Below are positions 33,463-43,538 of a stretch of 64,000 nt of DNA, piece after piece. Source of the stretch: an uncultured bacterium. GTDB taxonomy: Bacteria; Verrucomicrobiota; Verrucomicrobiia; Limisphaerales; UBA8199. The notes below the pieces were generated by a model that saw only the letters and a list, made by a program, of their open reading frames with translations, did not search any database and was not told the origin of the DNA. The translations under genes and the position numbers were made by a program. Numbering within the stretch: the first letter of the stretch is position 1; every line of letters starts with the position of its first letter. The stretch is taken from positions 256,001 through 320,000 of the forward strand of contig CAVVMW010000006.1 of the NCBI GenBank assembly GCA_963749495.1. The letters run 5' to 3'.

Positions 33463-34929
33463 ATGCACACGCCCTTTTTCCCACCCTGGCGCTCTCGCCT
33501 GGCCCGCTTGGGTTCCCGCACCGCCCACGCCTGCCGCCAGGTCCGCGCCTATACCCTCTGCCAACTGGAAAAGTGCTTCTCCTCCTCGGTACCCCAGGAG
33601 TGCTTTCCCAAGGCCAAGGCCTCCGCCCACAAAAACTGCCGCGACCGCGACTACACCCGCTGGCGCACCTTCTGGTGCATGGTCTGGCAAGCCCTCAACC
33701 CCGACGCCTCCGGGCGCGAGGTCGTGCGCCAACTCCAGGCCCTCTTCCTCTTGGAAGACGGCCCCCAGATCTCCCCCGAGGACGGCGCCTACTGCCGCGC
33801 CAAGGCCCGCCTGCCGCTCAGGCAATTCCCCAAGGTTTTGGCCGCCACCGCCCGGGCCGCCGACAAGCAAGTCCCGGCCCTGACTCAACTCCAAGGCCGG
33901 CCCCTCAAGGCCGCCGACGGCTCGGCCCTCACGCTGGCCGACACGCGCAAAAACCGAAGGGCGTATCCCCCTCTGCAGTGCGCCGACAAACCCAGCTTCC
34001 CCAAGATGCGCATCGTCGTGCTCTTTTCCATGCTCAGCGGCGCGATCCTGGCCATGGCCCAAGGCAGCTTGGCGCTCTCCGAACTGTCGTTGTTGACGCT
34101 GCTCAGCAGCCAATTGGTGGCCGGGGATATCCTGGTGGCAGACCGCGGCTTCGGTTTTTACGCGGTCCTCGCCTGGCTCAAGCACCTTCTGAACGTGGAC
34201 TTCATCGGGCGGTCCACGCGCCGGCTCGATGGGCGAAGGCGCCTCCGCCGCTTGGGCAGAAACGACTGGCTCTTCGTGTGGGGAAAACCCCAGCGCCGGG
34301 CTCCCTGGCTGACGCTGCTCCAATGGATTGGCTTGCCCAGCCAGTTGACGGTGCGCGTGGTCAAGGGCAGTTGCTATCAGAAAGGCTTCCGCGTACGCCA
34401 GGTCAAACTGGTGACCACGCTCTTGGACCCAGAACTCTACCCCGCCGAACAGATCCTCCGCGCTTACTTGCGGCGGTGGCGCCTGGAGATGTGCCTGGAT
34501 GACCTGAAAACCACTCTGGAAATGGAGACCCTCCGCGGGCGCAGCCCGAACATGGTTCGCAAAGAGGCCTACACGCGCCTCATCGCCCACAATCTCATCC
34601 GTGGCACCATGGCTCAGGCCGCCACCGAACATGAGGTGCCCCTGGAGCGCATCAGCTTCAAAGGCTCGCTGGACGCAATCCGGCACTTTACCCAGGCCAT
34701 GGCCCAAGCCCGCTCCAAAAAGAAACGCCGCCAACTGTGGTCCGATCTGCTCGAAACGCTAGCCGCCGATTTGGTCCCCGAGCGGCCAAACCGACGCGAG
34801 CCGCGCGCCGTCAAACGCAAGAAAAACAAATACCCGCGGCTCAACGCACCCCGCCGCAGGTTCCGCGATCATCTCAAACGTCACACGCGCCGCACCAGGG
34901 CCCGTTTGCGCAAGCTCGGTCTTATGTAA
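33463..34929 (+). CDS. IS4 family DDE transposase
   Basis: AYCRAKARL, AADGS, VADRGF, LVTTLLD, Y-R-E-K signature YLRRWRLEMCLDDLK; stop lies in the right TIR. Confidence 0.93.
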   Translation: MHTPFFPPWRSRLARLGSRTAHACRQVRAYTLCQLEKCFSSSVPQECFPKAKASAHKNCRDRDYTRWRTFWCMVWQALNPDASGREVVRQLQALFLLEDGPQISPEDGAYCRAKARLPLRQFPKVLAATARAADKQVPALTQLQGRPLKAADGSALTLADTRKNRRAYPPLQCADKPSFPKMRIVVLFSMLSGAILAMAQGSLALSELSLLTLLSSQLVAGDILVADRGFGFYAVLAWLKHLLNVDFIGRSTRRLDGRRRLRRLGRNDWLFVWGKPQRRAPWLTLLQWIGLPSQLTVRVVKGSCYQKGFRVRQVKLVTTLLDPELYPAEQILRAYLRRWRLEMCLDDLKTTLEMETLRGRSPNMVRKEAYTRLIAHNLIRGTMAQAATEHEVPLERISFKGSLDAIRHFTQAMAQARSKKKRRQLWSDLLETLAADLVPERPNRREPRAVKRKKNKYPRLNAPRRRFRDHLKRHTRRTRARLRKLGLM

Positions 34930-35064
34930 GCGCCATTCCCCTGCAGGGGCGCCACAGGGCTCTGGCGCCCCTTCAGGGCGCCCGGCCCGTTTCTGTGGCC
35001 AACCCCCAGGGCATCGGCCTAACGGCCTCAGCCCTGGGCTAGGTTCTGGCGGCCCGTTGGGCCG

Positions 35065-35119
35065 CGACAAAGGTCCGACAAAGGTCCCGACAAAGGCCGC
35101 GACAAAGGCTGCGACAAGG
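35065..35119 (+). repeat. ~12-mer tandem repeat (CGACAAAGG-NNN)
   Basis: cgacaaaggtc cgacaaaggtcc cgacaaaggccg cgacaaaggctg cgacaagg; same unit at 63572-63655. Confidence 0.8.
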
Positions 35120-35228
35120 CTCCCCGCTCGTGAGGAAAACCACTTGGCCTTGTCGAAATAGTCTCGATTGGCCAACGTGCAGGCAGATTGCTCCAACGCG
35201 GTTCCGGTTTGCGGAAGGCAAGCCCGAA

Positions 35229-35312
35229 GGTTTTGGACTGCGCCAGTCCTCTGGCGCTTTCTCGTTCCCACCGTGCAAAAAGCGGCAGAGGACTGCCGCA
35301 GTCCAAAACGCT
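35229..35312. repeat. Family K doublet
   Basis: ttttggactgcgccagtcctctggcgcttt..aaagcggcagaggactgccgcagtccaaaa. Confidence 0.88.
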
Positions 35313-35379
35313 TCGCACCAGGTGGAGTTCGTCCGGTCCAAGGTGCCCATGCGCTATCTCCAGATCGTGGCGCCTCCCC

Positions 35380-36985
35380 ATGACTGTCCTTCCGGTCATC
35401 GCACGGGAGTTGCGCGTGGCGGCACGACGGACCTCGACCTACACCCTGCGGATGAACGGGGTGGTGGCGTTGCTGGCGGTCTGCGTCTGGCTCGCCTTCA
35501 GCCCGGGTGTCAACTGGAACGACGGCGGCGCCGTTTTCGCTTGCCTCCATGCGGGGACGTTCGTGGCGATCTGGGTCCTGGTGCCGCTGGTTACGGCCGA
35601 TTGCATCAGCCGCGAACGGCGGGAGGGGACGCTGCCGCTGCTGTTTCTGACGCCGCTCAAGGCGCGCGACATTGTGCTGGCCAAGGGACTGGCCCACGGT
35701 TTGACGGCGTTGAGCTTGTGGCTGGCAGTGCTGCCGGTGGTGACGGTCCCGTTCATCACGGGAGGATTAGGCCGGAGGGAGGCGCTGTATTCGATACTGG
35801 TCAATTTCAGTTCCATCCTGCTGGCGCTGGCGGCCGGCCTGGTGGCCTCGGCGCACAGCAAGGTACACGGGCGCGCGTTGATTCTGGCGGGCTGCCTCGC
35901 CTTTGTGTTTTGTCTGGGTTTCATCCTGAGCACCGGCGTTGTCTGGCTAGGGGTCTTTTGGGGCAAGGCACCCGGCTCCAGAAACAACCTCCTGGCGGCA
36001 TTGACCGACCTGGGTGAAATGGTTGGGCGCGGGGCGGCGCTGGTGCTGGGTGCGGGGGGCACCTGGCAACGGCCCGGCTACTTCAGCCGGCTGGTGATGC
36101 TCGCCCTGGGGATCAGCACGGGCCTGTCGGTCCTGGCATTTTGCGCGTTTTTCGCTCTAGCTGCCTGGAGGGTCAAGCAGGTCTGGCGCGAGCCGCCCCC
36201 GTCGGCCCGGCAAGTGTGGCTGGAGAGGAAACTCTGCACCCCGGTTCTCTTCCCGCGGGTATTCCGCTGGTGGATGGGTTGGGAGCTCGAACGAAACCCG
36301 GTAGGCTGGCTGGAACGGCGGAGTTGGAGCGGGCGGCTGGTGTCCTGGGGCTGGCTTGGGCTTGTGATCCTGTTCTACACCTATGCCCTGACGAACTACA
36401 ACGTGTTCAATCAGGGTTCTTTAGGCGCCCTGGAGCGAATCCTGGCGTGGTTCCTGGCCGGCAGCGTCGCACTGAGCGCGGCCGGCAGTTTCCGGCGAGA
36501 GCGCGAGAGCGGCCTGCTCGAGCCTGCTGCTGGTGGCCCCGCTCAAGGAATGGCAGGTCGTGGGCGGCCGGGTGCGCGGCCTCTGGGCCCAATTCCTGCC
36601 CGCAGTCGCCCTGCTTCTTGGCCTTTGGCTCTATTGCTCGGGCTTTACGGAAAACGAGGGTCAATGGCCGTTCCTCCTATGCTTTGCGGGGACCTTCCTG
36701 ACCCTGCCGGTCATCGGCCTGTATTATTCGCTGGTCAAGCGCGCCCTGCTGTGGGCCTTCCTCTGGACCTTGCTGGTGGGAGTGGCGTTTCCGGCGTTCC
36801 TCGCGGAAGGGGCCCGGCTGATCGATCTGAGGTTCCAGACCGTTGCCAGCCCGGTCTATCCGCACGACCTTGCTATTGTCTGGCTCTTCACCCCGATCCA
36901 GGCGGCCCTGGCAGCCATTATGGCTGGACGGTTGCACTCCGCTCTGAAGGGCCGCAGTTTCGCCGTTCAAGGGACGGGGGGGTGA
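35380..36985 (+). CDS. ABC-2-like permease paralog 3 (frameshift ~36520)
   Basis: MTVLPVIARELRVAARR, ADCISRERREGTLPLLFLT, RNPVGWL, RERESGLLELLLVAP. Confidence 0.82.
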
Positions 36986-36986
36986 A

Positions 36987-37106
36987 GCGTGAAACGTGAA
37001 ACGTGAAACGTGAAACGTGAAGCGTTTTGGACTGCGCCAGTCCTCTGGCGCTTTTCAAACCCCGGCGGACGCCAAAGCGCCAGAGGACTGGCGCAGTCCA
37101 AAACCT
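36987..37106. repeat. (CGTGAAA)n array followed by a family K doublet
   Basis: Direct reading. Confidence 0.88.
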
Positions 37107-37171
37107 TGCGGGCTTCCACAGTGTCACGGGGACGGGTGCGACTAAGACTGTCGGTGAACCGCTGGCGCCTC

Positions 37172-37365
37172 TTTGCCCCGGAGGGGCATCCGAGAATAGC
37201 CCGGCGTTTCAACGCCGGGTGAGCGGCCACAAAAAGCAGGTCCGTCCCGAAGGGACGGTTGAAAGCAAGGAGTGTTCTCAGCCGTCCCTTCGGGACGAGG
37301 ACCACTTTCTTCGCCTCCCCGGCGTTGAAACGCCGGGCTATTCTCGGATGTCCCTCCGGGACAAA
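37172..37365. repeat. Family M composite palindrome (atagcccggcgtttcaacgccggg / cgtcccgaagggacg)
   Basis: Long inverted repeat; homolog at 46520-46735. Confidence 0.85.
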
Positions 37366-37460
37366 ACTCCCATGTCGGATGCCCGACACTTTTGATCCCG
37401 CCCCACGGAGACGGCGCGCTTGCCGGCGGAACAGGCTGTTGTTAGAGTCGGGTTCGAGGC

Positions 37461-39387
37461 ATGACCTTTTTGCCCATAGTGGATCGGGAGCTTCGCGTGG
37501 CGGCACGGAGGCGGAGCACCTTCTGGCTGAGGGTGAGCGCCGCGCTGGTGGGTCTGTTGATCGGGGGCGGCCTGATGCTCCTGAGCCTCGCTCGGCGCCT
37601 TCATGGCTTCGTCCATGGGGAACGTCGTGTTCGGCACCCTCACCTCGCTGGCGCTGGTGGTATCGCTGGCGGCGGGGCTCTTCTTCACCGCGGACTGCCT
37701 CAGCGAAGAGAAACGCGAGGGCACGCTCGGGTTTTTGTTCCTCACGGATTTGAAGGGGTATGATGTAGTGGGGGGCAAGCTGCTGGCGACGTCGCTGCCG
37801 GTGATCTACGCGTTGATGGCAGTCATTCCGATCCTGGCGGTCGCGTTCCTGATGGGGGCGGTTTCGGGGATGCAGTATTTGAAATCGGCGCTGGCGCTGC
37901 TCAACGCATTGTTCTGTTCGCTGGCGGCGGGACTCCTGGTCTCGGCCCTGAGCCGCGACCCGCAGAAGGCCATGGGGGGCACAGTGGTGTTGCTGCTGTT
38001 GCTGGTCCTGGGCGGGCCGATAGCCGACGCGATTTATTGCAGCGCGCAAAACCGGGCGTTCACGCCCCTGTTCAGCCTGGCCAGCCCTGGCTATGTCTTC
38101 AAGCTGGCGCGGGACTGGGGGCGCAGCCCGTATTGGCTGGCGCTGGGGATCAGCGATGGCGTCGGCTGGGCCATGCTGGCGGGGGCGTGCCTGGCAGTGC
38201 CGCGCGCCTGGCAGGAGAAGGCGCGCAGAGCCAGGAGTTCCCGCCTGGGCTACTGGTGGCGCTACGGCGGGGCCAGGCGCCGCGGCTTGCTGCGCCGCAG
38301 GTTGCTGGAGCGCAATCCCATCCTGTGGCTGGCCTGCCGCGAACGCTGGCAATCGGTTGGCATCTGGACCATCTCGTTGATCATCGCGGGCGTGTTCATG
38401 GGCCTCATCGTGGGCCGGGCGCCGGAGGAGGCCTGGCCAATCTGGAATTCGGTGGCCTCGCTGTTTGTGGCGCTGTTGTATCTCTGGATGGCCTCGCAGG
38501 CCGGCCGTTTCTTCATCGAGGCGCGCCGCAGCGGGCTGGTCGAGTTGCTCCTGGCATCGCCCGTGTCGGTGAAACAGGTGGTCCAGGGCCACTGGCGCGC
38601 ACTCCTGCGGATGTTTGGCCTGCCCGTGGCGATCCTGCTCCTGACCCAATGGGCCGGGAGCTTGCTGGCCTTTACCCATGGCTGGGGGGCGCTCGGCCTG
38701 TCGCGCAGGCCTCACCTCCTGGCGGCCTTGTTCACCTCCGGGGCCTCGACGCTCTCCACCTCGGCCAGCCTGGCGGCGCTGGCCTGGTTTGGCATGTGGA
38801 TGGGTATGACCTCGAAGAACACCGGCTATGCCACTCTCAAGACACTCCTCTTCGTCAAGGTCATTCCCCTCCTGGTCATCTATTTCATCACGGCCTGTGC
38901 GAGCGTTTTCCTGGTCTTTCTGCCGCAAACCCGCGCGCTGATGTCCGCCGCGGCAACGACCAGGACGGTTACCAATGCCTCAGGCGGGGTCACCGTTGTC
39001 GTGAGGTCCACGGCGGTCACCAATGCGTCCCCCGGCAACAGCGGCACCGCCGCAGCCGTGAGGACCACGACGGTCACCAATGCCACGACCGGTAATAGCG
39101 GCACCGTCTTCGCCGTGACGACCACGGCCTCCGTCCCCGCGGCTCCCTTTATTCAAATCGCGGTCCTGTGGACCTGCCTGTCGGCAACGTTGAACATCGC
39201 ACTGGCCATCGGGCTCATCGCCTGGGCGCGCAAGAGGTTGCTCAACACCTTCCGCCGCCAAGCCGTGCGCAGCCTGGTCCCGGTCTATTCACAGCGGCCC
39301 GCCCGTGCGGCGCCGCCCACGCCGGCGCCGCTCAAGGCCCCGCCCCTGATAGCCGCGCCCCCGGTCATTGGCAAACCACGGGTGTGA
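37461..39387 (+). CDS. ABC-2-like permease paralog 4 (frameshift ~37590)
   Basis: MTFLPIVDRELRVAARR, ADCLSEEKREGTLGFLFLTDL, RNPILWL, EARRSGLVELLLASP. Confidence 0.83.
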
Positions 39388-39460
39388 GGAGGCAGCCGTG
39401 CAAGAGGACTTCGAGGCTGGGAAGCAATCGGTCAGTGAAGGCGGAAACGGAGTCCCCGGC

Positions 39461-39610
39461 GAACCCCTCACCCCAGCCCTCTCCCCTTCCGAAGGGGAGA
39501 GGGAGGATTCTGGGCAGCGGCTTGAGAAGACCGAGACGCCTGGAATCCTCAGAGACTGCCGACACTTCTCCCTCTCCCCTTCGGAAGGGGAGAGGGACGG
39601 GGTGAGGGGT
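39461..39610. repeat. Family J doublet
   Basis: cccctcaccccagccctctcccc..ggggagagggacggggtgagggg. Confidence 0.85.
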
Positions 39611-39677
39611 CTGCCCGGGGTGTCACCCCCGCCTTCACTGCGGCCTTACGCTGGGAACCAGGGCCGGACTTTCGGTG

Positions 39678-39720
39678 AGGGACAAAAGGGACAAAAGGGA
39701 CTTAAGGGACTTAAGGGACG
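39678..39720 (+). repeat. Nonamer repeat (AGGGACAAA/AGGGACTTA)
   Basis: Direct reading; reverse-complement version near 5345-5378. Confidence 0.75.
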
Positions 39721-39756
39721 GGCTGCTCTCCGGGCCGCTGGGCTTGGGGTTTTGTT

Positions 39757-41392
39757 ATGACTTTTCTGCCGATCGTCGCTCGGGAGTTGCGCGTGGCCTC
39801 GCGCAAGCGGGGGACATTCTGGGGCCGCACCGGGGCGGCCCTGGCGGTGGTCGTGGTAGGGACCTGGTCGTTCCTGCTGAGCGGCCAGGCAGCGCCCTCG
39901 GATGTCGCCCTGACCCTCTTCGGCATCATGACGGGCAGCGCTGCGCTGTATTGCCTGTTCAGCGGGCTGTGGTCCACGGCGGATTGTCTGAGCCAGGAAA
40001 AGCGGGAAGGCACCTTGGGTTTGTTGTTCCTGACGGACCTGCGCGGCTATGACGTGGTCCTGGGCAAGCTGGCGGCCACCTCGCTCAACGCCTTCTACGG
40101 TGTGCTGGCCATGGTGCCGATGCTGGCCGTGCCGATGTTGTTGGGCGGGCTGACTCCGGGAGAGTTCGGCCGGATGGCGCTGGTCATTTTGGACACGCTC
40201 TTTTTTTCGCTGACGCTCGGCCTGTGCGTCTCGGCGGCGAGCCGTTCGGCGCGCAAGGCCGTGCTGGCCACGTTCCTGCTGATCCTGGTCTTTGCGATTA
40301 TTCTGCCGATCTGTTCGGCCTGGATGACTTTCCTGGGCAAATCGCCGCGGCTGACGGAGCCGCTGTTGCTGCCCAGCCCCGGTTTCGCATTCGGCGCAGC
40401 CTTTGATAGCTCTTACAAGATCATGTCCAAGGCATTCTGGTGGTCGATCGGGGTCATTCAGGGCCTGGGCTGGGTTTTCCTGGTGAGTGCCAGCGTGGTG
40501 GCGCCGCGCGCCTGGCAGGACCGGCCCGGCGCCGGCCTGGGCCTGCGCTGGCGCGAGCGCTGGCATGAGTGGAACTTCGGCGAGCCGGGCGAGCGCACCG
40601 CCTTCAGGAACCGGTTGCTGGACGAGAACGCCTATTTCTGGCTTGCCGCGCGGGCGCGGTTGCGCCCGGTGTTCGTCTGGGGGGTGCTCGGGTTGGTCGC
40701 GTGCGTCTGGGCGTGGGGCCTGGCCAAGTACCACACTCAATGGCTCCTGCCGGCCATGTACCTGCTCACCGCCGGCTTCCTGAACGCGCTCCTCAAGTGC
40801 TGGGCGGCCGCTGAGGCGGGCCGTCAATTGGCCGAAGACCGCCAAGCCGGCACACTCGAACTGATCCTCTCGACTCCTTTGACCGTGCGGGACATCCTCC
40901 ACGGCCAATTCCTGGCGTTGCAGCGCCAGTTTCTAGGGCCGGTTGCCGTGACGCTCCTCGCATTCCTGGTCTTCCTGGCGGCGACGTTGTCCGACACCCT
41001 CGACGACGGGCAGCGCGCCTTGACGATCTCGGCTCTATCTCTCGGGCATGGTCAGCCTGGTGGCGGACGTGGCGGCCATGCACTGGACGGGGTCATGGCT
41101 CGCCTTGACGGCCCGCAACCCCCAGCGGGTGGCCATGGGGAACATGGGCCGTGTCCTGGCGCTGCCCTGGCTCGGAATGGCCGCCGCCCTCCTGCTCATC
41201 GTCTTCTCCGCCGCCTTCGGCTACGAGCCCCAGCCCACGGCCCTGGTGGCCCTCTGGCTGGCCCTGGGAATCACCACCGACATCGGTTTCGTCGCGCGCG
41301 CCCGCTACAAGCTATTCGCCGAGTTCCGCCAGGCCGCCGCCGAACGATATGTTGCGCCCCGGGCATTCTGGAGCAGAATGTTTGGGAAATGA
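39757..41392 (+). CDS. ABC-2-like permease paralog 5 (frameshift ~41030)
   Basis: MTFLPIVARELRVASRK, ADCLSQEKREGTLGLLFLTDL, ENAYFWL, EDRQAGTLELILSTP. Confidence 0.85.
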
Positions 41393-41403
41393 GCTGAGGA
41401 ATG

Positions 41404-41583
41404 GAATGATGAATGACGAATGACGAATGACGAAACGGACTGAAGGAAATGACGAATGACGAATGACGAATGACGAATGACGAAACGGACTAAAGTGACA
41501 ACAAGCGTCATTCGTCATTCGTCATTCGTCATTCGTCATTCGTCATTCGTCATTCGTCATTCGTCATTCGTCATTCGTCATTC
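41404..41583. repeat. Inverted pair of heptamer arrays (GAATGAC)n ... (TTCGTCA)n
   Basis: Forward 41404-41484, reverse 41506-41583. Confidence 0.95.
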
Positions 41584-41624
41584 TCTTGCCCCTGGCGGCG
41601 AAAAGGCTTTGAATTGCCCGACGT

Positions 41625-43291
41625 ATGACACTTCACCCCCTTCTCCTGGGCCTGGCTGTGGGCGGCGCGCTGCTGACTCGAGGCTCTGCCGAGGACCGCA
41701 CGCAGGCGCGCTCGATGGTCATCACACGCCATGGGATTGTGGCGACCGAGCATCCGCTCGCCTCGCAGGTCGGGGCCATGATCCTCGCCCAGGGCGGCAA
41801 CGCCGTGGATGCCGCCGTTGCGGCCAATGCGGCGCTGGGCGTCATGGCGCCGATGGCCAACGGCATCGGCGGCGACATCTTCGCCATCGTCTATGAGGCC
41901 CGGAGCGGCAAGCTCTACGGCCTCAACGCCAGCGGTTGGGCCCCCGCCGGGCTGACGCCCGAATTGCTCCGGAGCAAAGGAATCTCGCAAATGCCCCAGA
42001 GCGGGATCCATTCGGTCACCGTGCCGGGGGCGGTGGACGGGTGGACAAAGCTGCTCGGGCGTTTTGGGCGGAAGCGCCTGGCGGACGTGCTGGCCCCGGC
42101 CATTGGCTATGCCGAGAAGGGGTTCCCCGTGACCGAGATTCTTCGAGCTCACTGGGTGGACTGTGAAAGGAAACTGCGTCAGGACACCAATGCCGCGGGC
42201 ACCTTTTTGTTGCAGGGTCAAGCGCCCCGGCCGGGCGAGATTTTCCGCAACCCCGACCTGGCCTGGTCCTACCGGCAACTGGCCCGGCACGGCCGCAGGG
42301 CCTTTTATGAAGGCGCTATCGCGCAGCGGATTCTTGCCTGTTCCAGGGCCCACGGCGGCGCCATGACGGCCGAAGACCTGGCCAGGTTCTCCAGCGAGTG
42401 GGTCGAGCCGGTCTCCACGACCTACCGCGGCTGGACGGTCTGGGAGATGCCGCCCAACGGCCAGGGAATTGCCGCCCTGCTCATGCTCAACCTGATGGAG
42501 AGTTTTCCCATCGCCGATTACGGCCCCGGCTCCGCCAATGCGCTGCACGTGATGATCGAGGCCAAGAAACTCGCCTACGCCGACCTGCTGCGCTACGACT
42601 GCGACCCCAGGTTCAACCGGGTCCCGGTGGCGGGCCTGCTCTCGAAGGCCTACGCTCGCGACCGCGCCAGGCTCATCGACCTCGACAAAGCCCGGCCCCA
42701 GGCCCAGGCCGGCCAACCGCCCATGGGCACCGACACCACGTACCTCTGCGTCGTGGACGCCGAGGGCAACATGGTCTCCTACATCCAGAGCAACTACAAC
42801 TCCTTCGGCTCGGGCCTGGTGCCCGGCGGCGCTGGCTTCGCCCTGCAAAACCGCGGCGGCCTCTTCAGCCTCGACCCCCGCAGTCCCAACCTGCTGGCCG
42901 GCCGCAAGCGCCCCCTCCACACCATCATCCCCGCCTTCATGAGCAAAGACCAGGTCCGCATCGCCTTCGGCATCATGGGCGGCTGGAACCAGGCCCAGGC
43001 CCACGCCCAATTCGTCTCCGACATCGCCGACCACAAGATGAATATCCAGGCGGCGCTGGAGGCCCCGCGCTTTACCAAACAGACCGTGCCCGGCTCGATG
43101 TCCAAATCGAATGCCGCGTCCCCGCCGCGGCGCGCGCCGCCTTGGCGGCCAAAGGACACCAACTGGAGGTGCGCGGCGACTTCGCCGCCGCCGTGGGCGG
43201 CGGCCAGGCCGTGATGCGCGATTTGGCCCAGGGCGTAAACTACGGCGCCTCCGACCCCCGCAAAGACGGCGCGGCCGTCCCGCAACCGTGA
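41625..43291 (+). CDS. ggt: Gamma-glutamyltransferase (frameshift ~43090)
   Basis: GGNAVDAAVA, GIGGD, VPGAVDGW, PPNGQG, DTTYL nucleophile, QNRG, KRPLHTIIP, GASDPRKDG. Confidence 0.93.
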
Positions 43292-43347
43292 ATGGGGGGG
43301 ACACTGAGGTGAAAGGCCTCATTGAAGGCAGGAACGTCACCGGGGCA

Positions 43348-43496
43348 AACCCCTCACCCCGGCCCTCTCCCCTTCCGAAGGGGAGAGGGAGAGACGTTCG
43401 GCAGTCTCGGGAGCTTCCAGGTGTCTGCGCTTGCTCAAAGCGCTGCCAAGAACTCTCCCTCTCCCCTCGGAGGGGAGAGGGCCGGGGTGAGGGGTC
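43348..43496. repeat. Family J doublet between convergent genes
   Basis: Same motif; spacer is the reverse complement of the type at 39505-39570. Confidence 0.85.
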
Positions 43497-43538
43497 TGCC
43501 CGCGTGACGCTCGCGCCTCCACAGAGGCCCGGCACATC

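Larger units (their letters stand above)
33051..34938. mobile_element. IS4-family insertion sequence, 1888 bp, with divergent passenger gene
   Basis: TIRs GAATGGCACTTAC (33051-33063) / GTAAGCGCCATTC (34926-34938), 12/13 match; flanking repeats CCCTGAAGGGG (33040-33050) and CCCTGCAGGGG (34939-34949). Confidence 0.92.
32954..35064. repeat. REP-like inverted doublet (family O) split by the IS4 insertion
   Basis: Left arm cagaacctagcccagggctgaggcc..ggccgatgccctggg; right arm cccagggcatcggcc..ggcctcagccctgggctaggttctg. Confidence 0.8.

Noticed and set aside
29539..41392. Diversity-generating retroelement or invertase shuffling of the permeases
   Set aside because: No reverse transcriptase or recombinase, and no near-identical TR/VR pair seen; the paralogs are anciently diverged
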